This document shows, in pieces, positions 37,320 to 49,780 of a stretch of DNA of 64,000 bases. This stretch comes from Octopus bimaculoides. Its lineage: Eukaryota. The first letter of the stretch is position 1. Each line of letters opens with the position of its first letter. Under the pieces are notes generated by a model that made no database searches, had not been told where the DNA came from, and was given only the letters and a program-made list of their open reading frames with translations. The stretch is from the NCBI RefSeq assembly GCF_001194135.2, contig NC_068996.1, positions 53,189,297-53,253,296 of the forward strand, in the 5' to 3' direction. A program made the position numbers and the translations under genes.

Positions 37320-37680
37320 TTATGCAGAAGGCGTACGTGTGCAATTTTCCTCCTGTTATTCTCAAGACAAGGACAATTCAAAAAAGGACAGATGGGCTTG
37401 ACTATATAGCATTTGTGCTATCTAGGTACCTAACTGAACTCATATCATTTACAATCTACTTGCCCCTGTTCGTGTCGCTCCTACTTGAAAATTTCCAACT
37501 CACTTGTCTCCATTTATTGCGTCCAACCTCCCAGAATTCATATTAATAACTATGCCCTACCCTCTTTTCACAGAACAGTTGCCCTCTGGAATTTTGTCCC
37601 TGCTCATGTTTTCCCAAAGGTGATAACTTATAAAGATTCAAGGAAATCAATTTCATTGGTCTATGAAGATCCTGAATAAT
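37320..37680 (+). mobile_element. CR1/L2-like LINE 3' remnant
   Basis: SFHRTVALWNFVP motif typical of LINE ORF2 C-termini; heavily decayed. Confidence 0.45.
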
Positions 37681-38957
37681 CCTGTACTATCCTCTAGTCC
37701 CAGCAAGTTAAAAAGGGAAAACCCATAGGGTATTGTTAACTTGATATAAAATACTATTAGGGAGTAAGATAAAAGAAGTTTATCAGCTATACATACAAAG
37801 ACATATGGAGCATTGGTGGGAATCTGTATTTTTAGTTCATTTACTTAAAATCTGCATATTTCCACATTTGTATATACAGCAGGCAAACCTCCTTCATCAG
37901 GATCCTTTATGATAAAATATGCCAAGTTTACAGTGTTTTGTAGTTCTTTACTTAGAATATATTGTCTTACTTGACAATGTTTTTTAAACTGAAAATAACC
38001 AGTTTCCTTTTAGAACTGGTGCTTAATAAACTTGTATGAATAATTAGCATTTTTATGACACACGTGCATGTGTGTGTGTATGAATTTTAAAAAAATTATA
38101 GGCACATGCATTGTAAATGACTGGCACTTCTATTCTTGGTGTGGTTAGAAGTTTGCTTTCCAACCACATGGTTCCAGGTTCAATCTGACTATGTGGCACT
38201 TTGAGTAAATGTCTTCTTTTATAGCCTCAGGCTAATCAAAGCTTTGTGAGTGTATCTGATCGATCGGAAACTTTGTGTGTGTGTGTGTCTTTCTCTCCTT
38301 GTCTTGATATTGCATAATAGTCATAAATAAATATCATAGTCATGCGTTGTCGATCAGTCTGCAAGAACTTTTGACCGTGGGAAAATAATACTTAGCTTGG
38401 AAACAGGTGAGGATTGGTGTCATTGAGGGCATCCAACTATAGAAAATCTGCCTCAAAGAAACTCTGTCCAGCCTATGCAAGCATAGAAAATGGATGTTAA
38501 ATGATGTTGATGATTATCCAAACTTAAATCTGTTCCAAATTTCTTAGAAATATTTGACATGTTTTATTCCTAATCTTGATTTGTAAGTCCTTCAGTCCCT
38601 GGAGAGAATTCCCATTATGAATACAACTAGCCACTTTCTCAATCATCATATTAATTATAAGCCTCTACACGGTTACTCGATTTATACTTCTTCATGGCCC
38701 TAATATATGGAGCAATCACATCTGGAATGACATTAATTATAGATCTACCCAAACAAGGGCTAAATCAACTAAATTAGAAATAGAAGAATGTCTCTGTTTC
38801 ATTATTCTTATTTGAAAGCATTTCATTTGTGTATCTCTTCATATAAACTTATGTACTAAGCTATCTGAGCTTCCATCATCATCATCACCATGTTTAATTT
38901 AACTTAAAGTTGACCATGGGGAAATATTAGGCATAATTTGCATCAGTATGCAGTGAA

Positions 38958-39289
38958 GGCGCATGGCTCAGTGGTTAGAGCTTTGGACTCACAATCATGA
39001 GGTTGTGAGTTCGAATCTCAGACCGGGTTACATGTTGTGTTCTTGAGCAAGGCACTTTATTTCACATTGCGCCAGTTCACTCAGCTGTAAAAATAAAGTT
39101 GTGATGTCACAGGTACCAAGCTCTATCAGCCTTTGCCTTTCCCTTGGATGACGTTGGTGGTGTGGAGAGGGGAGACCGGTATGCATGGGCGACTGCTGTT
39201 CTTCCATAAACAACCTTGCCCAGACTTGTGCTTGGGAGGGTAACATTCTAGGTGCAATCCCAGGGTCAGTCATGACCGAAGGGGGTCTC
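38958..39289 (+). mobile_element. tRNA-derived SINE, family 1
   Basis: Full-length match to 1371-1706. Confidence 0.85.
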
Positions 39290-39748
39290 AGCATGCAGTG
39301 TTGCATCATTTAAATAAGAAACATAATGTTAGTTCATTTTACCTAATTTCTTCAGTTTTGTAGCTTATGACACTTAAATATAGATTAAGATGGTTCAGGA
39401 ATGAAATTAAGCCAGTGCTTCATATTACAAGTAATCTTGGTTAGCTGTTGATAATAATGGTAGTGGGGACTAGATAATTGAAAGATCTATTCTTTAAAGG
39501 ATGGCACTGATATTCATAAAATGACGTGATTTATTTTTATGTGTTAAAATGTATATTTTATTTAGTATATCCAAGTAAGACAATACTGTATTGTTGCTGG
39601 CTTTATTTATTTTAGGCCTATGAAGCTACATTATTATGGAACAATCTTAATCTCAGTCCAAAATTAAAATTTTTAATGAGTAATTTGAAGAATATTCAAA
39701 ACCACAGTTGGAAACTGTTTGACAGCCCAGAATGAAACAACAGGGTAA

Positions 39749-40052
39749 AGACCCCCTTTGGTCGTGACTGACCATGGGATTGCACCTAGAGAGTTCCCCT
39801 TTGAGGCACAAATCTGCACAAGGTTTTTTATGGAAGATCAGCAGTCACCCATGCATGCCACTGATATTATCCAAGGGAAAGACAAAGCTTGGCACCAGTG
39901 ATGTTGCAACTCATTTCTACGGTTGAGTGAACTGGAGCAACGTAAAATAAAATGTCTTGCTCAAGAACATAACACACAACCCAGTCCAGATTTCAAACTC
40001 AATACCTCATGATTGTGAGCCCTACACTCTAACCATTGAGCCATGCACTTTC
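39749..40052 (-). mobile_element. tRNA-derived SINE, family 1 (internally deleted)
   Basis: Reverse-complement match to 38958-39289. Confidence 0.75.
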
Positions 40053-41311
40053 ATTGCTCTTTACCAAACAACAAGACTACATTAGAAAATTACTATTTGT
40101 AAATCTCATAACAAAAGATAATCAGCAACAGTACTTTGGAGCAAAGTGGAAATTGGCAAAACAAATGCAATTGATATTATATTATGAAATGCGACAAGCA
40201 CTATTTAACCACTAAACACAAAGATTAGACTATAATAATAATTTGAAATTTTGAAAAGTAAATGTTTGGTTTAAAATTCATTCTCTATTTCTTACGTAGT
40301 TTATTTTTCAATTATATTTCAAAAACAGTTTCTAAATTAACTGTTTTAAATTTCATCCGATGGAATTTTATTTGGTTTTTGGTTGTGTCATTAAGATGGT
40401 TATGGCTGGATATCTATGAAAGTTGTATATACCAGTATCTAGTAGGAGTTATCCGACAGTAGATTCAGACAAAGAACTGCAAAAGATTGTTTTAGTCAAC
40501 AGACTCCATTGTGAACATGATCAGGGTTAAAGTACTAAGAAATTGCCAGTCCTGCAGCCCAACCCTATCCTCCTTGCCCTGCCAGCTTTATCATTGCTAT
40601 TCTGTTGCCCCCTCTCCGTTATAGACCCAGGTTTCACCAGTTACTGCATTCCTTCCTTCCTCCTTACTTGCATATCCTTGGTGATCCTCTTCCATCCCAT
40701 TTGTATTCTCATCCTCACGAGCATATGCCCTGGCACATTCACCACCATATCTCTTGCTATCTCTTCCTCCTTCTGTTATGCTCTTATCACCTGGCACGGA
40801 GCCACCTCCTTCAATACTACCACCCCTCTCAAAGGATCTTTATCTTGCAAGATTCTTGGTCACCTCACTGGTGCTGGTATTACATAGAAAGCATCCAGCC
40901 ATGAAAACCCTGCCAGAACAAACTGGAGCTTGGTGCAGTCCTCTGGCCTGTCAGCTCTTGTGAAATTGTCCAACCCATACTAGTATGGAAGAAGGACGTT
41001 AAATGATGATGAAAGTAAGCTTAAAAGTGAGGAAGTGATGATTAGTACAAAAAACTTAGTATGCATTACAATCATTAGAAGACTGATGATACTAACATTT
41101 TAGAGATGTTACATCAACTAGTAGCTACTAGTCAGTCTAATACACCTAAAATATTAGTGCACTATCAGATTGCTCAAGATATTAATGTATACTTAGTCAG
41201 CTCTTTATACTAATCATTTCCGGAAGTGGTAAATAGTCTGTTACCCATTTGATATAAATTAGAAATGATCTAATTATAAATCTCTCAGAGAAACTTAAGC
41301 AGTAGTGATGC

Positions 41312-41732
41312 GATAAAGTAGTTGTATGCTGCCAACTTAACGTGACAGTCCCAATAAGGGAATATACTACTGCTATTTAACTCTAGGAAGCTGGACCGCT
41401 TTCTGTCAGCCTTGACACATTTCCTGTGTCCTTATGTTTGTAATCAGTGAATGTGTTTCACTGAAATAGTATATGTTTGCGAGTGTTAAACAGACTTCTT
41501 CAACCAGCTGGTCATGCTACTTCAGGCTGATGACGAGCAAAGACTCAGAAACATGTCCCTGAATGCAGGCTAGGCTGGGTGGAGGAGTTTGTCTCCCCCT
41601 CGCAAACATAAGGACACAGTAATTGTGTCAAGGCCGACAGGAAGCGGTCCAGCTTCCTAGGTCTAACCAACAGTAGTATTATTCCCTTCAGGGGACTGTC
41701 ACATTAAGTTGACAGCATACAACTACTTTATC
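41312..41732. mobile_element. Foldback/MITE-like element with ~130-bp imperfect inverted arms enclosing a hammerhead
   Basis: 41312-41440 is the reverse complement of 41603-41732 with scattered mismatches (GATAAAGTAGTTGTATGCTG...CCTTATGTTTG). No TSD recognised. Confidence 0.75.
41521..41563 (+). ncRNA. Minimal type I hammerhead ribozyme motif
   Basis: TTCAGG-CTGATGA-CGAG caaaga CTCA-GAAAC-AT-GTC-CCTGAA. Perfect 6-bp stem I, intact core, palindromic ACATGT stem III, GUC triplet; stem II closes with a C-A mismatch. Confidence 0.72.
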
Positions 41733-42144
41733 TTTTATATATTTGTAAAGAAACTAATGCTGGAGCTTGAGCTGTTGATGACTGTCAAGTGATTAGTGTT
41801 TGAGAGACAGGATATTGAGAAAATTTAACCAACTGACATCTTTCTTTTCGAGTAGTGTGGTTCCTGACTAAAAGTGAAAGATGGTTAATGAATGCTGGCA
41901 TTCTGCAGTTATGGAATTTGAAGTAATTTTGTGTGTACCATAAATTGCTAGGATATTAACTGCAGTGGTGTGACTGCAGAGAAAATTAGCAATAGTTACA
42001 ATGTTTTTTCAGATTGTTGAACTACAGAAATAAAGTCACACAGGATCAAGAGGACAGCCAATATATTAAACTCCATGCTGGCAGAAACATTGGATATAAA
42101 AAAAAATTTAAAACATCATTTACTATTTTTTTTTTAAATTCTAG

Positions 42145-42250
42145 GTTGGGAACTATCTTCGACTGTTTCGAGGTTCACTTTACAAGAAATATCCTTCCAT
42201 GTGGCGCCGGCTGGTTACTGTGGAAGAAAGGAAAAAGATAGCAGCAATGG
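42145..42250 (+). CDS. SMARCB1: SMARCB1 exon 2
   Basis: TAG acceptor, G|GTAAT donor; [35 protein letters not shown] (winged-helix region). Confidence 0.96.
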
Positions 42251-42625
42251 GTAATTTTAAAAACATTTTTTTAATTTATTAAATTTACTTGTAATGTTTC
42301 TCTAATGTTTGGAAATTCACAAAACTACTTGTGATAGAATTTTATATATGTATATAAAATCGGTAAGTTATATAAAAGAATGCAGAGTAAAAGACACTTT
42401 AAAAAGATGGAGCTTGTCTAATGTTTTAGAAATGATATAAAAATGCAGATATGCTAGTTAGAATATTTATATTCTCATAAAAGATTTTTTTAGTAATTTT
42501 CATTAATAAGTATTTAGAAATTTCTTTTTAATTAGTATTTATAAATTTTAGTTTAAACTTGCATTTATTTATAAATATAACTTTTTCCTTTTTCTTTTCT
42601 TTTTTTTTTCCTTTTTATTTTGTAG

Positions 42626-42752
42626 GTTTTGGGCAACATACTCTTGCAACTAACATCACTTTGTTGAAAGCTCCAGAAGTAGATGAAATTTTTGAAGGAA
42701 ATGATGACAAGTATAAAGCAGTATCTCTTTCCAGTGATCCCTTTCCCACGAG
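42626..42752 (+). CDS. SMARCB1: SMARCB1 exon 3
   Basis: TAG acceptor, AG|GTTTAA donor; (G)FGQHTLATNITLLKAPEVDEIFEGNDDKYKAVSLSSDPFPT(R); phases consistent with neighbours. Confidence 0.94.
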
Positions 42753-43341
42753 GTTTAAATTTTGTTATTCTAAAATAAATTATTAAGTAGAATCTTTGTT
42801 CTTTCGATCAAATTATCTCAAGTTGCCTTTTTAAACCAAACCTGATAGATCTGGCATTTATATTTCAATCAATATTTTCTCACTGCATTTGTTAACTTTA
42901 AATTTCATTAGTACAATGTACTAATGTTTCAAAGGACAAGCTGCAATTATTTATTCTAAATGATTTTATATGATTAATAAGTAATATAATCTCAATGGAA
43001 AGGATCTTCATTGATAAAAATTTGATTTTTTTTTTTTACCTTTTTTCTTTCTTTCTTTCTTTTTTCATCTGTAAAAGAAATTATTGCTGCAACTTGCTAA
43101 AATACTTCAAATAATTCAACAAGCAATATAATTATTCCATTTTCAATAAAAATGTTAAAATACTTTGTAATTTACATTCTTTCTAATTAATCTTTTGATG
43201 GAAATTTTCATTAATTCTTAAGCATCTTTGCAATTATATGCATTTCTTTTATAGCTTGCTATTTTATACTTTATAATATAACATTTCTTCATTTCTGATT
43301 TGTAAGTTTTTAATGTTTCATTTTCTTTTTCACTTCCAAAG

Positions 43342-43476
43342 AGAAAACAAATCCAAGCGAAACAATTGGGTACCTGCTCTTCCTAGTAGTTCACATCATT
43401 TAGATGCTGTACCATGTTCCACACCTATCAATCGCAATCGGCTTGGAAAGAATAAAATGAGAACATTTCCATTATG
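43342..43476 (+). CDS. SMARCB1: SMARCB1 exon 4
   Basis: AAG acceptor, TG|GTTAGT donor; [44 protein letters not shown](C). Confidence 0.95.
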
Positions 43477-44145
43477 GTTAGTGCTAATATTTTATATTTC
43501 GTCATCATCATCATTTAACATCCATTCTCCATGCTGACATGGGTTGGACAGTTTAGCAGGAGAGCTGCCTGGGCTCCATGTTTGTTTTGATTGGGTTTCC
43601 TAATGCCATCCACTTTACAGAGTGTACTAGGTACTTTTTATGTGGCACCAACACCCTTGAGCCCACAAGATTAGGCATGCTCGGAGACATGCAAGCATGA
43701 CTATTGTTTTACTTAGCCTGACAAAGCTTCTCAGTTACAGCAAACTGCCAGATGTCTCGGTCCCTTGTCATCTCCTCTCTGAGCCCCAACATCTGAAGAT
43801 TCTTTCTCACAACTGTAGTCATTGTCATCATTTTAACTTATCCATGTTTGCATGGGTCAGGTGAAATTTGTTGAGGCAGACTTTTCTATGTCTGGATGCT
43901 TTTCTTGTTGCTAGCCCCCCCCCCCCACTTTTTTCCACCCAACATATTATCTCTTCTAGTGCTTCAGACATGAACAGATCAATGGCCAGACATGTTTTCA
44001 TGAAATATTGCAAACAAATGACTTTGTTTGCAATATGCACATACATGCACACATAGTTGGTTTCTTTCAGATAAGGTTACCAGACTTGCTCACAAGGCTT
44101 TCGTTGGCCCAGGGCTATACAGTATAAGGAACTTGCCTAAAGTGC

Positions 44146-45330
44146 CACTTTATGAGGGGGCTACCCAAAGGTAACCAGAAACGTTCTCTGTGGGACAAGC
44201 CTGGTATTGTTCAGGCTTCCGCCACTAGAATCCACTTGATGCAACCCTCTGGCATCAGTCTGCCAACTGGTGGCACCGAGTGATGTCTTACTGTCATGTG
44301 GCGTGTCTTTGTCTTGCAGTGCTTCTTCCCTGTTCATCAATTTTTGTGGTGGCTGAAATGAAGGAACAGTGTGCTTCCACGAAATTCCATTTTCTGCTGG
44401 GGAAAACGGTGGCCGGATGCTGCCATGAGCAAAACAAGTTTATAGTAGTTTTCACGCTTTAGGAATGATAACTTGTTGCTTGAAGACCAACCTTGTTCAG
44501 GGCGACCATTGATCTCCCAGACAAATGGAGGACTATCACTGAAAAATTGACGAACTTGTTGATATGACTGGTGTGTCCTGGAGCTCCTGCCAATGAATTT
44601 TGAGTGAGGAATTGCGAATGAAAAGAGTTGCAGCAAAATTTGTGCCTCGCTTGCTCACAGAAGATCAAAAGCTGTCTTGACTGAATGCATGTCATGAACT
44701 GGAAAAACAGTTGGAAGTTGATCCTGACCTTTTTTTTTAAGGTCATCACTTGTGACAAAAGCTGGTACTGCAGCTACAACCCGGAAACAAAGCAGCAATC
44801 AAGTTATTGAAGGCATTCAATGTCACCTTGACCCCCAAAAGCACATCAAATGAAGTCCAATGTGAAGGTGATGCTGGTTCATTTCATTGATGTGAAAGAA
44901 ATTGTTCACACAGAATTTGTTCCTCCTGGTCAAACTATTAACCAGACATTTTATTTGGCAGTTCTGAAGCATTTGTGAGACGCAGTAAGATGAAAACGCC
45001 CTGACCCATGGCAAAGTGGAGGGTGGTGATTTCAATTTCATCAGAACAATCTATTTGTGCACATTGCCTTGAATGTGAGACAATTTTTGCCAAAAATGGC
45101 TTACCCACCCTCCCTATTTGCCTGATCCTGCTCCCTGCGACTTTTTGTTTTTGTTACCCTGAATGAAAAAAGTCCTTAAAGGAAAATGTTTTGCAGATGT
45201 GGAAAAGGTGAAGAAAAAAAAACAATGGAGGCATTAAAAGGCATTACTTGAAACAGTGGAAAACATGTCTGTACCAATGCATTGTTTCAAATGAAGAATA
45301 CTTTGAAGGCAAGAAAAGTGTAAACATGTA
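44146..45330 (+). mobile_element. Mariner-type transposon remnant in SMARCB1 intron 4
   Basis: MKEQCASTKF..., MKRVAAKFVPRLLT, VITCDKSW, IVHTEFVPPGQTINQTFY; many stops; right TIR not seen. Confidence 0.85.
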
Positions 45331-45676
45331 AAACTAAGGGAATAAAATGTGTCCTATGCTTATTTAAGATGATAGGGTGATCTGGTTGTTATTTCTAGCA
45401 GATTGACCAAGCAAATAGTGGTTTTCTCTTGGTTCATTATAACCTTGTGGTGTATGAATACAGCTGCTGATTGGTGTCTCTTGGTACTGGAAATGATGAT
45501 ACAAGTTTATGGAAATCAGCTTTCATTATTTGTTAGGTATTGAACCAAGAAGCTACCTCATTAGAGATAAGTCATTAGCTGGATAAGGTAGTGTAATAAT
45601 TTTAAAATTTTACTTTGTTTTTTTCTTCGCTATCTCAGTATTTGTATTTATCAACCTTCAATTGTTCTGCTTTTAG

Positions 45677-45804
45677 TTTTGATGACACAGATCCCTCACA
45701 AATACATGAAAATGCTTCAACTGCTGAAGTGTTAATTCCAATCCGTTTAGACATGGAGTTCGATGGTCAAAAGTTACGAGATTGTTTCACTTGGAATAAA
45801 AATG
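45677..45804 (+). CDS. SMARCB1: SMARCB1 exon 5
   Basis: TAG acceptor, G|GTAAG donor; [42 protein letters not shown] (start of RPT1); 128 nt. Confidence 0.96.
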
Positions 45805-45966
45805 GTAAGCAAAGACTCGTTTTTTTGTTTTTCTTTTTGTTTATTCAGCATTAATTTCCTTGTAAATATTTATTATCCTTTGTTTTTAGTTGTATCTTTG
45901 TGAACAGTAAAAGAATTTTGGATAAATTGAAGAATTGTAATGATTTTTTTTTTTGTCCCTAAACAG

Positions 45967-46133
45967 AAGCCCTTATATCACCTGAACAGTTTGCAGAAAT
46001 ATTGTGTGATGATTTGGATCTTAACCCACTCAACTTTGTTCCAGCTATTGCTCAGGCAATTCGGCAACAAATTGAAGCTTATCCATTAGATAATCTTCTT
46101 GAAGAACAGGCAGATCAACGAGTTATTTTAAAG
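45967..46133 (+). CDS. SMARCB1: SMARCB1 exon 6
   Basis: CAG acceptor, AAG|GTAAA donor; (E)[55 protein letters not shown]; 167 nt. Confidence 0.96.
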
Positions 46134-46402
46134 GTAAAATTTTTTTCAATAAGTTGAATTCTTATCCAGTTTTTGCCACAGTAAACAATTTAATATATAA
46201 GCATTATGTTAATCTTTTACAACTCTGTAAACTGATCACTACACCAGAATCTCTTTAATACTTGGAATAAATGTGAAATATATTTTAAGAGAAAATTACG
46301 TTCATTTTTTTTCCTTATCTTCACCTAAAAATAACATTATTTGATTTATTCATTTTTTTAAGTCTCTCTTTTTTTTTTTTTTTAATACTTTTACACTTCC
46401 AG

Positions 46403-46511
46403 TTAAACATACATGTCGGTAACATCTCCTTAGTGGACCAGTTTGAATGGGACATGTCAGAGGTTGATAATAGCCCTGAAGAATTTGCTATAAAACTTTG
46501 TGCAGAGTTGG
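46403..46511 (+). CDS. SMARCB1: SMARCB1 exon 7
   Basis: CAG acceptor, G|GTGAG donor; [36 protein letters not shown] (RPT2). Confidence 0.96.
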
Positions 46512-49500
46512 GTGAGAAGTTAAATTATTTAAATTTTTTGTTTTTGGTGTAAATTTTTTTTATTTCACACAATTGTGAATGTATGGTTAATTGTAATAAA
46601 GAGAAATATTATTTGTATGACTTTCTCAATAGTTCTTCTGCCATAAGTTACCATCAGGAATCAACCAATTTGTAGGAATTTCTGTAACCTGCTAGTTGAT
46701 AATTTGACTAATGCTATATTTCCTTTGGTAGTAAAAAGAGTGGCTTCAAGTTTATGGTGCTAAACTAACTAATCCACATAGTCACGAGTTCATATCTTTC
46801 TGCTGTCATTACTCTGAGCCAAGGGCATATATTAAGTTTCAGTTTGCATGGCTGACCAAAAAAAAAAACCCCTCTTATTTCATAGTTGGCAGTTGGAAGG
46901 ACATTCAGCTGTAAAAACAAGTGTTTGATATATACGGTACTAGTCAGGAAAATTCTTAGCACATTGGCCATGGTAATGTGCTGATGGAGCTCTCTAACCA
47001 TTCTTCCCCCACTTGCTCTTTCTTACAGTTTTGTTTGTAACTTTACGTCTTGACTTCATTATCTTCTTCAGATTCTCATCTCAGTTAATAATCAGTTACT
47101 TATCATGGTATGCACCTTTTACATACATGACACCCTTATAATCCTATCGCATCTTCAGCACACGTATCTACCACAGCCTCACCTACATATAATCTAATAT
47201 TGTATTAATCAAGAATTAATCTTCTGTTATTGCTTTACCTGCTAAAAATAACTACCAAATTCCCCTCAGATCATACCTTCCTTAGAAAACAAAAGATATT
47301 TTGGAAACCTTAATGAAAACTAAATGACCTAAGGGTTACAGCTATAATGCCTTTGGTCTCACCTGGAATTGTTCCTCTTTTATACAACAGCCCATTATAT
47401 ACCGACCTATTATTGAACCTGATGATTTTATGTTGCCTCCACCTAATTCTACTGGTTGTTGCCCTTAACACACCAGTTCTGTATTAAGCATAACAGCCTA
47501 TTCATTTGTATAGTTGCTCTCTAATTTCAAGGCCTGTTAATGTTTTCTTCCATCAGCCATAAATCTACAACTTAAATGGATGAGATTATTAGTTATATTC
47601 GTTTAGGAAGGAATTAACTGCTCCTGTTTTGACTGACCATCATAAAACGAGCATTGCATGTTGTAAGCTAAAACTTTTATAAGAATATTGATATGAAACA
47701 TTTTATAAACTATTTTTCTTTTATTTAAATACTTTTCTTGTTTTCCTCTCAGAATGTTAGATGCTGTAGGATATCTAGTTGTAAAGCATCAATAATTTCC
47801 TTGAGTGTCATCATCATCATTTAATGTCAATTGTCCATGCTGGTAAGGGTTGGACATTTTGATAGGAACTGGCAGGCCAAAGAACTGCACCAAACTCCAA
47901 TTATCTGTTTTGGCATGGTTTCTATACTGGATGCCCTTTCTAATGCCAGCCATTTTACAGAATATACTGGATGCTTTTTATCTGGTACCAACACAGATGC
48001 TTCAGTTAATAGTAAATTTGCACCTTAGGCAATTTTATTTATTCTTTTATTGAATCAGTATAAGAATAAATAAAATTTCTTTTAATTTTCATATCATTCT
48101 CAATAAGATTAATTTAGTATTTTATTAACTTGACTAAAATAATTTACAGAACTCTCTTTTCTTGGCACAAAAATTTATTCAATTTTGTGAAAGTTATTCA
48201 GTGGATTTGTATCACTACAATGTTAGCATGTTGGACAAAATGCTTAGAAACATTTCTTGCAACTCTCAATGTTCTGAGTTCAAATCCTATTCAAGTCATT
48301 TTGCCTTTCGTCCCTCAACAGCAATATCTCAGCATGGCCACAGCCCCTGTAAATGATAAAAGATATAACATTTTATTCTCATCAGATATTCAGTTTCCGT
48401 TGCACCTGTTGATATATCCAGTTAGCAGGAAAGCATCCGTCATCCAAAGACCAATGGTTCTGTGTTTGAACTTCTGGTTCTGTACTATTATGTTTTCCAT
48501 TGCATAGAGTATATGTTGTTCTGGATGAGAGTCATGGTATACTGTATCACAAGGGACAAAAGCCAAGCAATGTGGCTTAACATATATAAAATCCCACACA
48601 GAAATGAAAGACAGCATGGAGAAGGTGGATATAGAAACTAAAAGACCCCATAGTTGGGAATAAATTTAGAGAAATGTTACTTGACATATATGACTGTAGG
48701 GAGGAAAGCTTAGATACTGGGAATTTCTATTAATAACCTGCTTAGGACTANNNNNNNNNNGACAAGGCTGGAGCAAAGTTCCAGCCTTCCTGAAGGTGAT
48801 GTAGTGATAAGATGACATGATTGATAGGTGGGGGGGGGGGTAAAAGCTAAGCGACAGGCTTAGAAGGGTGTAATAGAGAAGATTATCAAATGGCTAGAAG
48901 AGCAGGCAAGTGATAGGGATATTTGGCTATGGGTGAGGTTAGAAGGGATGTGAGGATTGTAAAGTGATAAAGGTTGCTTGACATTGTGTGTGAGAGAGAA
49001 TTAAGATGTTGTTGGTGAGGAATGTATTCGGAATGATGAAGGCACATTCATCCATTGATATTGAAGACAAGAAAATGGTATGGAAGTGCTTATTATTTGA
49101 GGTTGTTGAATGTGGAGAATATGTTGGATAAAGAGAATCTACCTCATGCTGACCAGACATAGGGACAAGCAATTCCAATTGATAGCAGTGTGGTGAATTA
49201 AGGACATAGAGAGGGGAAAGGCTGCAGAACCACCAGTTATGGAAATACACAAAATATTTGGTGAGAAATGATATGTAATTACCAACTAGAAGTGATGCAG
49301 GAAGGTGCCATACCTAATGAATGGCTTAGCTGCAGCATCTTAAATTGTTACAAAGGCAATTGAGATGCGTTGGAAAGAAATTATTAGGTCATACAATGGT
49401 TTGTGGCACAAGTGATTCATGACAAACTAGGCCAAAATGAGATGCCTGGGAAAGGTACCGTGAATGCAATCTTCCTAGTGGAGCAGCTACAAGAGTAATT

Positions 49501-49698
49501 CCTGGCAGTCAGTGACTTGCAGAAGGCATTTGACAGGGTACCACATTCAGTAATTTGGTGGTGACTAAGGAAGTTAGATGATTAGGTTGTGAGGGTTGTT
49601 ATACAAACTATATACAAAGATGTAGTAATGTGTGTGTGTGTGCATTTATGAGATGGTGTATCATTATGGAAACGTTTTTGTTTATGCCTTGTGTACAG

Positions 49699-49780
49699 GT
49701 CTTGGTGGTGAATTTGTGACAGCTATTGCATATAGCATTCGAGGACAACTGAGTTGGCATCAAAGAACATATGCATTTAG
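49699..49780 (+). CDS. SMARCB1: SMARCB1 exon 8
   Basis: CAG acceptor, AG|GTAAG donor; (G)[26 protein letters not shown](S). Confidence 0.96.

Noticed and set aside
37860-37905. Minus-strand CTGATGAAGG...CCT motif
   Set aside because: No GAAA at the required position.
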